A stretch of 64,000 bases of DNA, taken from Paramecium tetraurelia (taxonomy: Eukaryota). The DNA lies in the NCBI GenBank assembly GCA_000165425.1, contig CT868096.1:372001-436000 (forward strand), written 5' to 3'. Below, in pieces: positions 39,203 through 53,516 of the stretch. The notes below the pieces were generated by a model, which worked only from the letters and a program-made list of their open reading frames with translations, had not been told where the DNA came from and made no database searches. The position numbers and the translations under genes are program-made. Each line of letters begins with the position of its first letter. Positions within the stretch are counted from its first letter, which is position 1.

Positions 39203-42200
39203 TCATTCTTCCTAACTAAACACTAGATCATTGAGTTGTACAAAGAAAGTAGGTAATGTAATATCTTTAGAAGGAATATAAACATCCTTAGCATATTCAA
39301 ATTTGAAATCTTCATAAACACTCTCCACTAAATTTTTTGTATGTTCACTTACTAACATTTTGCCTTCCTAAAAAGAATAGAAACATAATAAATACAGAGC
39401 CTGATGATTCCATGAGATTAGCAATAGTCACATCTTCTCCATAGATATCATATCTGACAACATCTGTACCAACAACTCCCCCAAGGACTTTGCCTGTGTG
39501 TACTCCAATTCTCATATTAAGATGTTAATATTAGGGATCTTTATTGCAATCATTGATAATTTAAATCATTTTCAAACCAAAAACCAATACATTTTAAGCC
39601 TTAAATTAAGTGAATAATATACTTCTTCAGCAGGATCTCTTTAATTCAAATCCATAACTCCCATACAAACGTAACAGTCTCCTATTGTGAATAATTTATA
39701 CACCTAAGTCATTTAACAAAACTCATCAAAAGTTTAAAATAAGTTTCTAAGCATTTCAACAACTGTTTCTGGTTCCACAGAACTAGAATATTTTGTAAAT
39801 CCTGCGATATCTGCAAATAACACTGTTGCATTCTCTAATACATCAATAAAGGTTTCTGTGTTGTCTTAATCTGGTTACAATAGCCGTTTTAATGCATGTG
39901 GGGGCATCAAATATTATAACATGTTTTCATACTTTGCAATTTATATTTACAATTATTAACTTACCTTATAATTCTTCACTAATATTTAATTAATTTAATG
40001 TTAAGAATAGAAAGTAATTCCTATTATACTTAGTCCAAAAAATAGTATTTCTAGTATAAATTATTCATACACAGTGACCAAAACTATTAAAATAATGTAG
40101 GTTATCAATAATTTATATTTGTCTGGCACTATCAACATTTATAAGTAGAATAAATTAACATAAATTGATGTTATCTGACAAGTTTATAAGATTACTTAGT
40201 AATTTGTTGCTTCACTAAATTAAATCAAAAGAAGATTCAAGAGATTTGTAGTTATGAAATATATAAATCCTAAAGTCTTTATTTTTAAAATGTCTGATTA
40301 TTCCCTATACTTATAGATTGGGATTGCCAACCCCAAGCTTATTGAAATTTAACACAATACTGTTATTAATAGTTCAATTTGAGATTTTGAACTTAAGTTT
40401 TCTAATAAAAAGTATAACAGACTTTTAAAAATCATTAAGACTAATAAGAATGAAAAGGTTGATCTAAATTTAATCAATTCTTGATCTTTATATTCTTCAT
40501 AAATTTAATAGTATTATATTTGATCCTTACTATCATAATAGCTTTTAAATTATTCAGAATCATAATCCTTATCAAAGTCTAATTTGAATTTTTTGATGTT
40601 CTTCAATTTCATAAGATCTAATTTTTTCTAAAGCATGGAAATGCCCTATCTCTTATTAACTTCTAACTCCTCAAACTTTTCCAAGATGCTATCATACTTC
40701 TTAATTGCAGAATCCGATGGTTCCTATTAAATAGGCTTTATTGACTTTTATTTGATGATCTGCCTTCTTCCCACTTATTCAGCTTATTAATCATTATCAA
40801 TTTAAGCTATTTTAACCACCCTATCTTTATCCTTTTCTTCAGGAATCATTATTCTTGTATTTGATTTCATTAAACAACTTTTCTTTTATTGTACTAAATC
40901 TACCATAATTATTGTTCCTTTCTTTTTCAATTAAGGCCTTTAAATCTATTGCTGGACTTGCTATTAAGGAATTTAAACTTCATCTTCATTCTTCTCTTGC
41001 TATAAACTCTCTTTGCTTGGATGTTCAGCTATTAAAAGTAACTAATTTTAAGAAGCTTATTAAAATGAGTTAATTATAGGTTACTAATTGTTATTAGGAC
41101 TTTAATTGGTTTGGATATGAGATTAAATTAATTAGGGTTGGGTTTTCAAATCAATTTGTGAAAAGTGAGTCATCGATATTTATTATAAAGTTCCATTATT
41201 ATTATTATTATTAGTGCCATCTTCTGATTATCTAATTAATCTCCTATGTGTATTTATACTGTTTCTCATGGTACTGATTAAGGCTGGAGTTTTTGCCTTC
41301 TGATGAATTTATGACTAATTATCATTCTAAAATAACTATTATTTTTACATCTAGATTAGATCCTGATTTTGATTTTTAAGAATTCAATCTTTTTAAATCT
41401 AAATCTTTACAATCATGTTCAATAGATGACTTTTTCTTGATTATGACTGAAGGTTACTATTTATTTTTAATGTCTTTCGAGATCTATTTGAATAAAACTA
41501 AAGGTGCTTTTGTGTCATTAGGAATTCCTGTTTAATTCATTAAAGAAGTTCTTCTCAGTCCTCCTTTGAGGGGTGTTTTACTATTATCTGAATTTTTCAA
41601 TGGCATTATTTACACTTTACAATCTAATTCAAAGTTTTTGTCATTCTTATCTAAACAAGCCTTTGGAGTAATACTCTTGCTTGGGTCCTTCTCTTTAATG
41701 CATATTTTCAATCTAAAAGTTTCAAGAGTCCCTTTGCCTTTAGCAGCCACTGACTTTTATTCGAATTAATGTTTAGTAGTGTCTTTGATATGATTATAAG
41801 CAGATTCACTTAAAGTGATAAAACCAGCATCACTAGTACTGCATACTCTACTAGTAGTATTAACAGTATCTCCTATCAATGAAAATTACGGTTTATGAAA
41901 TCCTATCACACCAGCAATCACTCTTCCATAATGAATTCCTATTTTAAGTTTGACATCTTAGTTGTCTCCATACTTCATTGTCTTAACTGTTTCCATCATT
42001 GCAATTGCTGTCTCTAAAGCTCTTGTGGTGCTATTGGAATTTTTTTAATCTAATTAAATTATAAAGATACTTATAACTGCATCATAATCTTTGAGACCCC
42101 CAGCTGCCATATAAGTCTTACCTACAGTCTCAATCTTTTATAAATCATATGTTTAACAAAGTTAATCAAATGCTCTATAGAGAGTATCCAAAAAATCAAG

Positions 42201-45200
42201 GATGTTTTCTTATTGAAATTTAATCACCTTATCGAATTAATAGATATCACAAAATAACACAGTCACATCCCCTTGATCTTGAGATATTTGAATCTACCCC
42301 TTATTCATTCTCTCCTATATAAATCTTGGCATTAACAGTCCTAGAATGTTGTTGATCTTCTTCTTCTCATTATTTAATCTGTTTTAATAAATGTAAAAGG
42401 ATCTTTATAAAAAGTGAGTTTTTTGAACCATTTAAAAGACTGGATAAGATACTTCTAATAAGAGTAAACTATATTTAGCAATGCAAAATATCAGAACGGT
42501 ATAATCTGAATAGGTCATTGTAAATCCATCAGAGAGTAAATTGATCACGTAATTAATTAATTACAGTGTTACATATAACAATATAGGTATTTTAGGTTGG
42601 GTTGTCATTGAAAATGCCAATATAAATGAATAATTGAATATATATCCTACAAATGTTTACTCACTCTCAAAATAGAGAATGTCGATTATTATTTAAAATA
42701 GGAACCTTAGAATATAAGAGAGAATTTGTAAGTTTTGTTTGTTCTTTTTATCATTTATAACTCTGAATTATAAGAAGGCTATAAAAATTTGGATTACAAA
42801 TTATATTACCGTAGTTATGAGGATGGAGAACTAAAAAATATCTTCAGTAAATATTTAATAAAGATACATATTGATGATGCAGATATCATAAAAGATAAAT
42901 GCATAAACAATATTGAATCTATGATTGTTTTGTTCTCTAAAAAAATCTTAAAAAGATGACTCTGTTTTCTTATCTTAAAATCCATGGAGTTTATCCATTT
43001 CATCTATTAGAGACTAATCTCCTTTAATTTGTTTTATAATGCACTCTTCAATTATATCTTTATTATCAAATAATTAATCAGTTAATTGTTTTAATTTTTA
43101 ATTAAACACTCTTAATTTTTCATCCTCAAATTCACTAAGGGAATTTTAAGATGAGATATTGTCCCTCAATGATTTTATCTCTTGATAATTCTAATCAAAT
43201 GAATATAAGTCAGATGGAAGCACAAATTAAATTGAGAAAATTTACAAGATCTCATAGAAAATATATGAAAGACCAAGTACAAACACTGCTATAAAAATAA
43301 AAGCTACAAAATTCTCAAGATCAAATTCTTCTATTATCATTTGATCATCCTCAATTGTTTATATGATGTTATATATAATTATGAGTATTGTTACCATTAC
43401 AATGTTCAAGCATATTTGTATTATTTTTTGTTGGAGCTGAGTTGAGAGGGAGAAGATATAAAATATTATTTTAGATTTCTCCAAAATCTCCAAAGCTAAA
43501 TAAAGCAATATTATTTACTAAGTCTAATTAACCCTACCATTTAAAGATACGAAATTTAAAATAGAATTATGGATTAAAATCAATATAAAAAAATCGATTA
43601 TCGCTATTAGAATGATTTTTAAGGCTGACTTTAATAAAATCTTATTTTTTAAATTCTACAACAACCGTGCATAATTATTTGCATTCTTCAATTACTATTT
43701 AGTGTGTAACACAAACAAATAGTAATATTAGACACTTGACAGTAGATTGCTTGGTATTAAATAGAATAATAACAAGTAAAACATGTTAATATCGTTTAAT
43801 TCAAAATGACCAGCAAAAATGGTTAGTCCTATCAAAGTGCATCTATACAGTTAAACTTCTATAATTGCCAAGTAGTTTAACATTTGTTTTGGACAATAAA
43901 TGAATAACATTCTAAAAAGCTATTTCATGTTAGATGTGACAAATTTTGGGTGTAAAGTAGATACTAATGATTTATTTCTTAACAAACTGACTGAAACATC
44001 TGATTTTGAAAACATATACCCATTATCTAAAGAGTTCCCTACTGTCAGTATCTTTTTATCAGCCATTTTCAGCAATTTTATTAGTTTTCCTTTCTAGACA
44101 CTATTTAATTGGTAAGCCCCTAGTCCAAAAGAGAATTAAACAATAAATATAAAATGGTATTTTAGATAATCGTCTTTTATAATTGTGTTAAAAGCTTGAG
44201 AACTAACAATAATAAATTGTTCTTCATTTTAATTAGCATTTTAATTCTCTAATAAGGCTTAAATATGCTATTTGACTTTGAACTGTAATTGTTATTTATC
44301 TTTTTCCTTGAATTCTACTATCTATTCTCTAGAACGTATAATTTAAAAGCTTCTTAAGAATATTAATAGTTCATCATAACTATATTAGGTAATAAAGCAG
44401 GTTTTCAAATTGAAGTTATATAGATGCTAGAATATTTTGTCTTGATCTAAAATATCATAATTTAATTCTTAAGAAGAAAGTACTAAACAATTTGAATTGT
44501 GTGATTTGATCCCAATAGAAAACATAGGCTCACTTTATTACTCTAATTCAATAAACAATTTTTCAATTTCATGAGATCTATTACCATAAGTTTCATAAAT
44601 TGCCGAGAGTTTCTTTAAGAATTCATCAGTTTATGTTTAATCTAATTGTTTCTTTGTGTATAAAAAGGTCTTTTGTCCATCCCATGACATTTCAGATAAA
44701 AATTCATTGTACTTATTTTCCTATTAACTATAATTGCTAGTTTCGATGCGTGAATATAGTAATGCTCCTTCATCTAATAAAAAAGACTCTGGATCTCTCA
44801 CTAACACAGATAATGTATTTTTTCTATTTTCAGTTGGTTCTAAGAATGTCAATACATCAAATATTTTAGATATATTGGAAATGGTGATTACCTTTTTAAT
44901 AATAGTTTTCATATTGAATTCTGGTCTTGAATTTTCAATTTCAGTAGCACACACAAGACAATAATCAAATAGCTCAGTAAATTAAAGTATGGATTGATCA
45001 TATTTATTTTCAAAATTGAATTCTAATTTCTGTAACTTTTCATTATAAAGAGTCATAACACTATTTGTAATTAGCATCATTATTAAGATTTCATTATGAA
45101 TAGTGTCATCTTTACTATATAGTACATCTATGAAATCTTGTTCATTTAAGATATCGCCAATTAATCTATCTTAATTAGCTTCATTTAACTTTGATTGGGA

Positions 45201-46987
45201 ATTTTAAAATGATGATGAATTATTTTTAAATTAAGTTCCTTAACGATTGAATTAACTTTTTTATTTTAATATGGGTGGAGATTGAAAGGATTGTGAACCA
45301 TTATTATTGGATATATCTTTACTACTATCATGTGTATTTGATTAGTGATTAGATTTGGCAGCAAATGATTAATCGAAGATGAATCTAGAGCTCTTTTTCT
45401 TTCCAATTCCATTGGCTAATTTTGGTTCTTACTACTTGAAATCAGAAAGAGTGTCTTTTCTCATAAATTATAATTTCTTGATTTATTTTGTGGATACAAA
45501 TGACTCTTATGAGCTTCTTAAATCAGGTACTCTTTTTTCTTGGATTAGCATTTCAATATCCAAGGTTTTCATCTCATCTTATGTTTATTAACGATTAGTG
45601 TCAATTAACATTTTATCGCAATTAGTTTTATGTTAAGGGGAAGCCTTTGTGACAAGATCTTTCAGTTTATCATAATTGAATTGATAGTTCTTAAAGTTCT
45701 ACACCAATTAAACGACCTTTGGTGATTCTTTGAATAAATGCTAAGGATTTTCAAATACGATGATGTCTGTTTAAATTAGATCCAAAATGTTCTGAGGTGC
45801 TAAAGCCAAAAAGCCACTTATATTTTATTTGTTACTATTATGCTTCATTAGTCTTAATTAACTTGATGCTGGTATTAAATTCAAACTAAATTTCTTTTTT
45901 ATAGGCATTAATATCTTTCTTTCATTCTAAGATGTAATGGTTACATGATTATATTCAGTTTTTATTTTCTAATCAGTTTATTTTGAATCTTTTAATGCTT
46001 GTTAAATTTAGTGTTTTTCAAATAACTAATTGTTATACAATAATATACAAAAATACCATATTTTTTCTACCAATAATAGAGCTTATGGAAAGATCAATAA
46101 GCAATAGATTAAACTATCAAAAAAGTAATCAGTTTGAGTTAGAGATGAGTATATGATATTAGGAATAAAGCATATTGAAAATAATACTCCACATAGACAC
46201 ACGATTTAAGTGTGGAAGTCTCTTAACCAACTTTATGATTAAAAGCTTTGCTTATTAAGATTTGTTTATACATAACGGCAATCGTCGCCAACTCTTATAG
46301 CCAATCCAAAAATCCAATCTGCTCTGTCCATAATTTCACCTCTCATTATCATATTCTTTTTATTGAAAGAGGTGGCTTTGGGATCGTTTTTCAACTTAAT
46401 ACTTCCAGTAATACTTTCTTACACAGTGAAGGAGATGGAGCCATTTAATTTAGTTATGAAATCCATAATATTACCTTTAGAATTGTGATTCACATTCACA
46501 AAGGTACATGGACAAGGAATACGCAATTCATAATCAGCAAGCACTTATTCCTGACTTGAATCGAGAATCAAAAGATCAGCAGGACTTTGCTTTCCATGTT
46601 TTAAACAGACTATCTATCCAACTTGTAATTCACACCATTTTATTGTGAGATACGACTTAAATCTATTTAGTTGATATTTTTGTACTCAATATAATCTTAA
46701 TTATTTTCTTCCATCTTTTGGATTTCCTCATCTGAAATGTTGGGAAACTTTTGGAAAATGCGGCATTTGTTGTTGTTGATACTAGATTGTTATTTCCATC
46801 TTTAATAACTGATGAGCAAAAGATTAATTAAATATTGCAATTTATCCAACAAGTAACAAATTAAGGTGAATAAAACTATGATTTGTCCTGTTGAATCTTA
46901 GGTATATGTATTCCCAGCTAAGGCTATAATTAGAATTATCAAAATAATTAGATTCTCTGTTCTCAGGATTTTATCAACTAATTTCAT
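39203..46987 (-). CDS. Alveolate-type membrane guanylyl cyclase with an N-terminal P4-ATPase-like domain
   Basis: P4-ATPase A-domain WCELQVGQIV..SPADLLILDSS. Two cyclase domains: VTVLFCDI..KIETVGKTYMAAGG..GIHYG..KPQFSLIGDTVNTTSR and VLFADIAGFT..KLFTIGDCYVCMG..RIGVHTG..VRYDIYG. Multiple TM clusters. Confidence 0.92.
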
Positions 46988-47268
46988 TAAAATAAGATTA
47001 ACCTAAAAGAAATACAATCATCTTTACGCTGATTAGATTTAATTAATTATTTTAGATCTCAAAATTTACAAGCTTCTAGACTTCTCCATTCGAAAATTCA
47101 ATCTACTCTAAATTATAAACAATACTTTGAAAATCTATTCATTTTCTTGTTGTTAAAACAATGTTTTCTGAAGAGTCTTTTACAGTTTTTTAGGTAACCA
47201 TAAATAGCAGTAAGAGATAAGGCGATAAATAATTTTCATATAATATAATTATTTTTATATTAAACAAT

Positions 47269-49077
47269 ATGTAATAAAATTAAGAAGGGGATAAACCACT
47301 AAAGGAACAATATTTGTAGGATCAGGTCGAAAAAGGTTTAGACGCTGATTTATGTGCCTAATTTCTAGTCTCTTTAAAACCTGAAGGTGGTGATGATATT
47401 GACAATTGGAGTCTAGACGAATTGAGTAAATTCTATATACTAACTAATTAGAGTCGGCTATTGAGTAATTTAAGGAATCTCAAAAATAAGCAGAAGAATA
47501 ATAACCCAATAATTCAGAAGATTAGGGCAATCTTTAATAAGCATAACCATAAGAATAGCCATAATAAAATTAATAGATAATTTAATAAAGCAATACTCCT
47601 GTTCTTGTGAATTGCTATTAAATTCTACCAAATGAACTATCAGGTGATAATGTCGCTGTTAAGATATTGACGTAATTCAATCACTTATTCGTAGATACAA
47701 AAAAGAGAGTGCCGGTTTCTTTTCCTCTTCATACATTGTATTCTAGATTGAAACACAACCTCAAGGATGGATTGTTTTTAGAAGATATTCAGATTTCGAA
47801 TGGCTAAGAGATTCATTGCAGAAATTCTATCCAGCTTTTGTTGTTCCACCAATTCATAAAAAGAGATCAAGGTCATTTGAGGATTCCTATCTTAATAAAA
47901 GGGTGATATTTTTACAAAGATTTCTGAATAGCATATTCAAATCCTATGAATTGAAAAGCAATGTAATTGTGAAGAACTTTTTGAGTTTAACACAAAATAA
48001 TGAATTCAAGAAATTCCAAGAAGTACAAATTTATTTATCCGCAAGAGTATTACTAAATCTGCTCCACCTTAAACAGTACAAAGAATGTTCTCAAAGGATG
48101 GCCAAGTCAATTGCGTTGCTCCCATTGAAATACATCAATATGCCCATCAAACTTAGGATTACTTCTATGAAATAGATGGAGTCTATAAAAAAATTAGAGT
48201 TTTAAGCAAAAGTCTAAAAGAAATTTAATTATAAAATTCATTGAAGATCTATTGTGTAGGAGAAATATTCGCTTCGCTATTTTAACACTTAAACAAATTA
48301 AATTCAATACTTCCAACTGGATAANNNNNNNNNNNNNNNNNNNNNNNNNNNNNNNNNNNNNNNNNNNNNNNNNNNNNNNNNNNNNNNNNNNNNNNNNNNN
48401 NNNNNNNNNNNNNNNNNNNNNNNNNNNNNNNNNNNNNNNNNNNNNNNNNNNNNNNNNNNNNNNNNNNNNNNNNNAGGTCTAGCTGCTACTTTCTTAAATT
48501 TAAATAATACTATGATTACATGGGGCAATATCATTGGAAAATAAATAGAATAAACAGAAGAGTATTTAAATAGCTTCTTTAAATATTAACAACATTATAA
48601 TTCATCCATTAAATAAATATATGAAACCAGAGCTGTCATCTAGTAAGATTTAGAAAAATTCAAGTCTAAATTACATTATAAGAAGGAAAGACTGTTTTAA
48701 TTAGGAGATGTATCAAAATGGGATCTAAGCAAAGATATTAAATTGAATCCCTAAGAATTGTTATAAAATAAAAAGGTTGCATTCCAACATATGTGTGATT
48801 AAGAAACCAAATAGGAGATGGGAATGGAAATGCTAGTGGGATATTATACAAACTAAATATTTTCACAAACTCAATAATTCTTTAAATAGCAATAACAAGA
48901 ATTAGTAGGGCATTTTATTAAATTTTGCTAAGTATAAGCTTTCAACATCACGGATGTAATTATTTATTTAAACTCAAGCATCATTAATTATGGGCTGATG
49001 CCATTACGAATCTACAAAATAATTTATTAATTCAATAGCGGTAGACGCAGAGAGTAGTTGTAGAAAGTATTGGTTGA
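47269..49077 (+). CDS. Sorting nexin (PX domain plus helical/BAR-like C-terminus), interrupted by an assembly gap
   Basis: PX motif VFRRYSDFEWLRDSLQKFYPAFVVPPIHKK..LNKRVIFLQRFLN; N-terminal GDDIDNWSLDEL motif. Confidence 0.85.
48325..48474. other. Assembly gap (150 N)
   Basis: Run of N in the sequence. Confidence 1.
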
Positions 49078-49747
49078 TAAATTGAGAGAATTTATTAATA
49101 TTATTACAGTCATTCATCTATTTAAATTGTTAACATTAACTTAAACTCTTTTAATATCAATTAAAGATCCTCTCAATTTCGTTAAATATCTACTAATAAT
49201 TAAATAAAGTCAAAGCCTAAATTCTTCTTTAAACATTATTTTATTCCTAAAATAATTCATTAAAATATCTGGTCTTTTTGCAAAGTAATACTTGCTTAAT
49301 ACAGCTATATCAAGATTTAATTTATCATTTAATTGATGTACTATTTAAATTAGTTAAGTAATAACATTTATGTTCTACTTAATGATCCTTTTATTATAAT
49401 ATCTACTTGTGGAAAATTCTAATTATTCTATAAATTATATTAACATTTTACATTAGTTTCACATGATTAAAAGAAAGAATAGCTTACTTGTAAAAAGCTT
49501 ATCAAAATAATATCTAAACCTACTTGTGTGCCATTTCTAAAATTCATATAAACTGAATCATAACGAAAATTAATTCATTCAAAATCCAAAGTCTTCTCTA
49601 AAGTAACACTTGATATTGTGAAATAAATATCATCTGAAATTCTTTGCATTTATCTTCATATTAATTATGATTTTAGAATTTTTGAGTTGTTCAAATTAAA
49701 ATATACTCCTGTTTCAAATTTCCTATAATATTATAAAAATAAAGTTA

Positions 49748-50954
49748 ATGTAAGAGATCTATATTGGAGTTGATAACCCTAATTATCTAAAGTTTGATGA
49801 TGGAGAAGTATTGGGGGCTTATCCTTTTCCTCACATAATATCTAAAATTGATGTTGAATTCAACCAATCCCATGTTATTGGAGTAAATGTTACATACAAA
49901 GTTGGAAATGGATAATTTGTATTAATTAAATGTTATTAAGGTATCTGGTCAATCTAGTCTCAAGTTCAAGAACACTCCTGCCTATGTTAAGACATTTATA
50001 GTCCCAGAAGGTAGATAATTGTTTTTAAAATAGGCGATTTTTTATCTGAAATAAATGGATGTTTTGAAAATGTCATCAATTCCATAGGATTTGTTACTTA
50101 CAAAGGATATAAGGAGACTTTTGGAAATCCCATTGGGGTCTCATTTAGACACTTTTCACCGTAAAATACATTCACTGCTGCAAAAGGATCCTTCGACAAA
50201 TGGTTAAATTTTATTGCATTCAGAGTTGTACCACTTCCACCTTATGCTATGCAATAATTTGTAAGCTATTTATCAACTACAATCTAGTATCCAGGAACCA
50301 ACTAAAATTAATAGATGAATTAAGTTCCTCCATAATAACCCTTATAACAGTAGCCACCTCCATAATATCCTTATCCATCTAATAATTATCCACCATAGCA
50401 ACAATAACAACAATATCCACCTCAACCTCCCAATTAATAAGGATATGTGCCTCCACCTCCTCCTATGCAATAAGGTTATGTCCCACCACCTCCTCCTCCT
50501 ATGCAATAAGGTTATGTGCCTCCTCCTCCTCCTATGCAATAAGGCTATGTTCCACCACCTCCTCCTCCAGGTTAATAACCATATACTCCTTATCCTTCTA
50601 CATATACTCCCCCATATACAGGTTATCCAGGATAGTAACCATATCCTTATGTACCTATTTTCATTTATTTTAGCCAACTTATTAACCATACCCATAATAA
50701 AACTCCACAACCATAGTTGAGGTAATAGACACTAATCCTTATGGAGGTGGCTATAACTCAAGCTATAACAATTACTATAATTAAAGACCAGGGATGGGAG
50801 TTGGAGCAGCAATGGGTCTAGGAATGTTAACAGGAATGGCAGTGTCAGATTTGACTCATCATAATCATCATGGAGGAATTTATGATGTAAATATATTTGG
50901 TATAAATCATTACTTATCAAAGGAGGCCATCACCATCACCATCACAGATATTGA
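49748..50954 (+). CDS. Jacalin-like lectin domain protein with a Pro/Gln/Tyr-rich linker, Gly-rich hydrophobic segment and His-rich tail
   Basis: KFDDG..ISKIDVEF..VIGVNVTY..GDFLSEING..INSIGFVTYKG..TFG..G.SF..AAKGSFDKWLNFIAF; then (QQGYVPPPPPM)x4; GMGVGAAMGLGMLTGMAV; ends GGHHHHHHRY-TGA. Confidence 0.75.
50435..50569 (+). repeat. 33-36 bp coding repeat, 4 copies of QQGYVPPPPP(P)M
   Basis: CAATAAGGTTATGTGCCTCCTCCTCCTCCTATG-like units. Confidence 0.85.
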
Positions 50955-51299
50955 TTTTGATATTATAAGATGGAAATTAAATTTAATAACGATAATTGTA
51001 AGCTTATTACATAATATCAATTTATATTTAATGGAAAGAATTTGAAACTGCTTTCTATAAATAAAATAAGATATATTCTTCACCCAAGAATATCAATTAC
51101 ATCACTAGCAACTATATCTTGGTCTTATCATCAAGTTTTCTATTAATAAATTAAGTTTGTTTTATGTTATTTTTCTACAATTGTCTGTAATTTGATATCT
51201 TACACAAATTTTAATCTTTACTATATCGAATATATGAAAAATAGATTAAATACATATTATTAATATATATAATTATTATAATAATAATAATATTAGAAA

Positions 51300-51682
51300 A
51301 TGTCTAAAGGGTTCAATCTTAATTTAAAAAATTCGAACGTGATGACTTTTGAATAAGAAAATGAATTATTTGCTGGACAAAGTATAAAAGTAAAGCAATT
51401 CTAATATCTAGCTAAATTTTAAATTGGGGGATAAGTAATTTGATTTGGAGGTAAACATTATTTTCTCATAACAAGTTAGTTTAAAGTAGGATAAGATGTG
51501 GAATGGGCTAAAAAATGTGTTGCAGAATAATTAGATTGCGGAAGAAATGACTTTGTAATATAATTTAAATAAGTAAATAGGACTTGATATTTGAGGAAAA
51601 GGTAATGCCAGAATTCTTTTCATTAAATGATATTCCCAATTTAAAGGATCAATCATCAATTTAAATAAGAATGAAGATATGA
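51300..51682 (+). CDS. Small ubiquitin-like (beta-grasp) domain protein, 3 tiny introns
   Basis: IKLNFKLGDKQFDLEFKVGQDVEWAKKCVAEQLDC...DLIFEEKVMPEFFSLNDIPNLKDQSSIQIRMKI fits a UBL pattern; no C-terminal GG. Confidence 0.6.
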
Positions 51683-52550
51683 TTCTATAAATATAATGTA
51701 TATACAAATAAATGAAATTGTTTCACTCAATTCTTTTATAAAAACTTTGAAATAAGTCCTACCTTATTTAATCTTATAATCGATAAACCCATATCAAATG
51801 TCTTAGATCTCCATATCACTTAATTAGTAGCCATATTAAACCTTAACACATACATTAATAACATAAAAGACAAGTTACAAGATAATATAGTTGATTTTTA
51901 TTGAATTATTTTAATTTATAGAAGTTTTAAACTATTGAACTAAAAAGGAGAGATTGCATAATTACATTTGTTTTTACTCTTGAAATTAATTAAAATATTA
52001 AGAAAATCAATTATTCTTAAATTTTATAGTATGCTAAGATTATTGAAGTCATAAGATATCTATAAATAAAAAGTATATTTTAATTTTCAAATTATGTTTT
52101 AATCACCTGATATGATAAACAAACTGAATAAGATAACTTAAACATCTACTTTTAATTACCACTAAATCTACAATCAATAGATATATTCTCTCTAAAGTTC
52201 ATTTATATTATTATTTTATTAGTAGACACTTTTCACTTAATTAATAATAAATTACTAAAATCATATTAATATTTTCTCATTAGTAAATTTATAAATTGAA
52301 AAATATACCCCATAACTAATGAAGAAACATCTTAAAAGATATATATTTATAAGGCACTCACTCTCATAGATTTTAGATTTATCTCCTTTCCATTCTCTTG
52401 GATAATTCTTTAAAGATTAACAGTAATAACGGGTAGTAAGTTATTTAGTTGAATTGTTTAAAGGAATCAAAACATCAACAATTTAATTAATTATCATATT
52501 TAATCTATAAATATCATTATATATATGCTTGAATTATAAGTCAAGTTTTA

Positions 52551-53273
52551 TCATTTATATTTGAACAATTATGATTTCATACTATGATATTTTAAAATTG
52601 GCTTTTCAACTGGAAAGACATTATATTATGGACTGATTGGATGATATCCCTCATAAGGTTGAGCCTCAGAAACAATGGTTTTTGCTTTAGGTTCTTCACT
52701 TAAATAAAACCGTCCGTATTTCTATGAGGAGGGCAAGTAATCATCTAATTTATTATCACTTAAATTCATTGGATCTGATCTTAAGAGATATCTCTGGCTA
52801 TATTTTCCATATCTATTGATGTGAGCTAAATTAAAAATCACTATACCTTAAGTTGGAATGGGTTGAATAGGTTTGAAATCAGTAACTTGCTAGGATTACT
52901 ATAAAGATCTACCTTATGATGATATATTCTCGGTAAAACTAAACTTTAGGAATCTTTAATTAATTATTAATCACTTTCTTAATCTTTACACCCTTCTTAA
53001 TCTGCATTCTTCCAAGTCATATCAATCTAAACTTTATGATTTTAGTGCTCTCAATTTACTTAAAATAGATACCTTGATTCAATTTCTTTTGATAATTACC
53101 TTCGCCGTCATACATTATAAATTTTGCCATAGGTCTTGACTTAAGTTAATAATTATATATACCCCAAGAATTTTTGTTTTAAGTTCTTTATATGTTCCAT
53201 CATGCTTTTACTTATTTATTTCAAACTATTCAATGCATTTTCCACAATTCTTGTGTTTATCCAATTTATCCAT
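52551..53273 (-). CDS. Hypothetical protein, 4 tiny introns
   Basis: MDKLDKHKNCGKCIEQF...; open after removing four GT..AG introns of 21-23 nt; TGA at 52551-52553. Confidence 0.6.
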
Positions 53274-53516
53274 TATTATTAAATAAATTATATATATAAT
53301 AGATTTATCTTAATGGATATGATTTAGAATATCAAAAAATGATGGAAATATCTTTAAATTTCAATTATGTTCATATCAAATAATTTATTACTATTTATTG
53401 AAACATAATATAAATTATAGAAATAATCTAATCTCAAATTGTAAAATTTAAAAAATAATAAATTAAAAGCATCTCTAATCATTTATATTTATTTTCAATA
53501 TATATCAACATTTTAT

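Noticed and set aside
48252..48534. ORF-track entries containing X runs
   Set aside because: Artefacts of the 150-N assembly gap.
49100..49660. Minus-strand gene between the sorting nexin and the jacalin gene
   Set aside because: All candidate starts hit TGA quickly; at most a relic.
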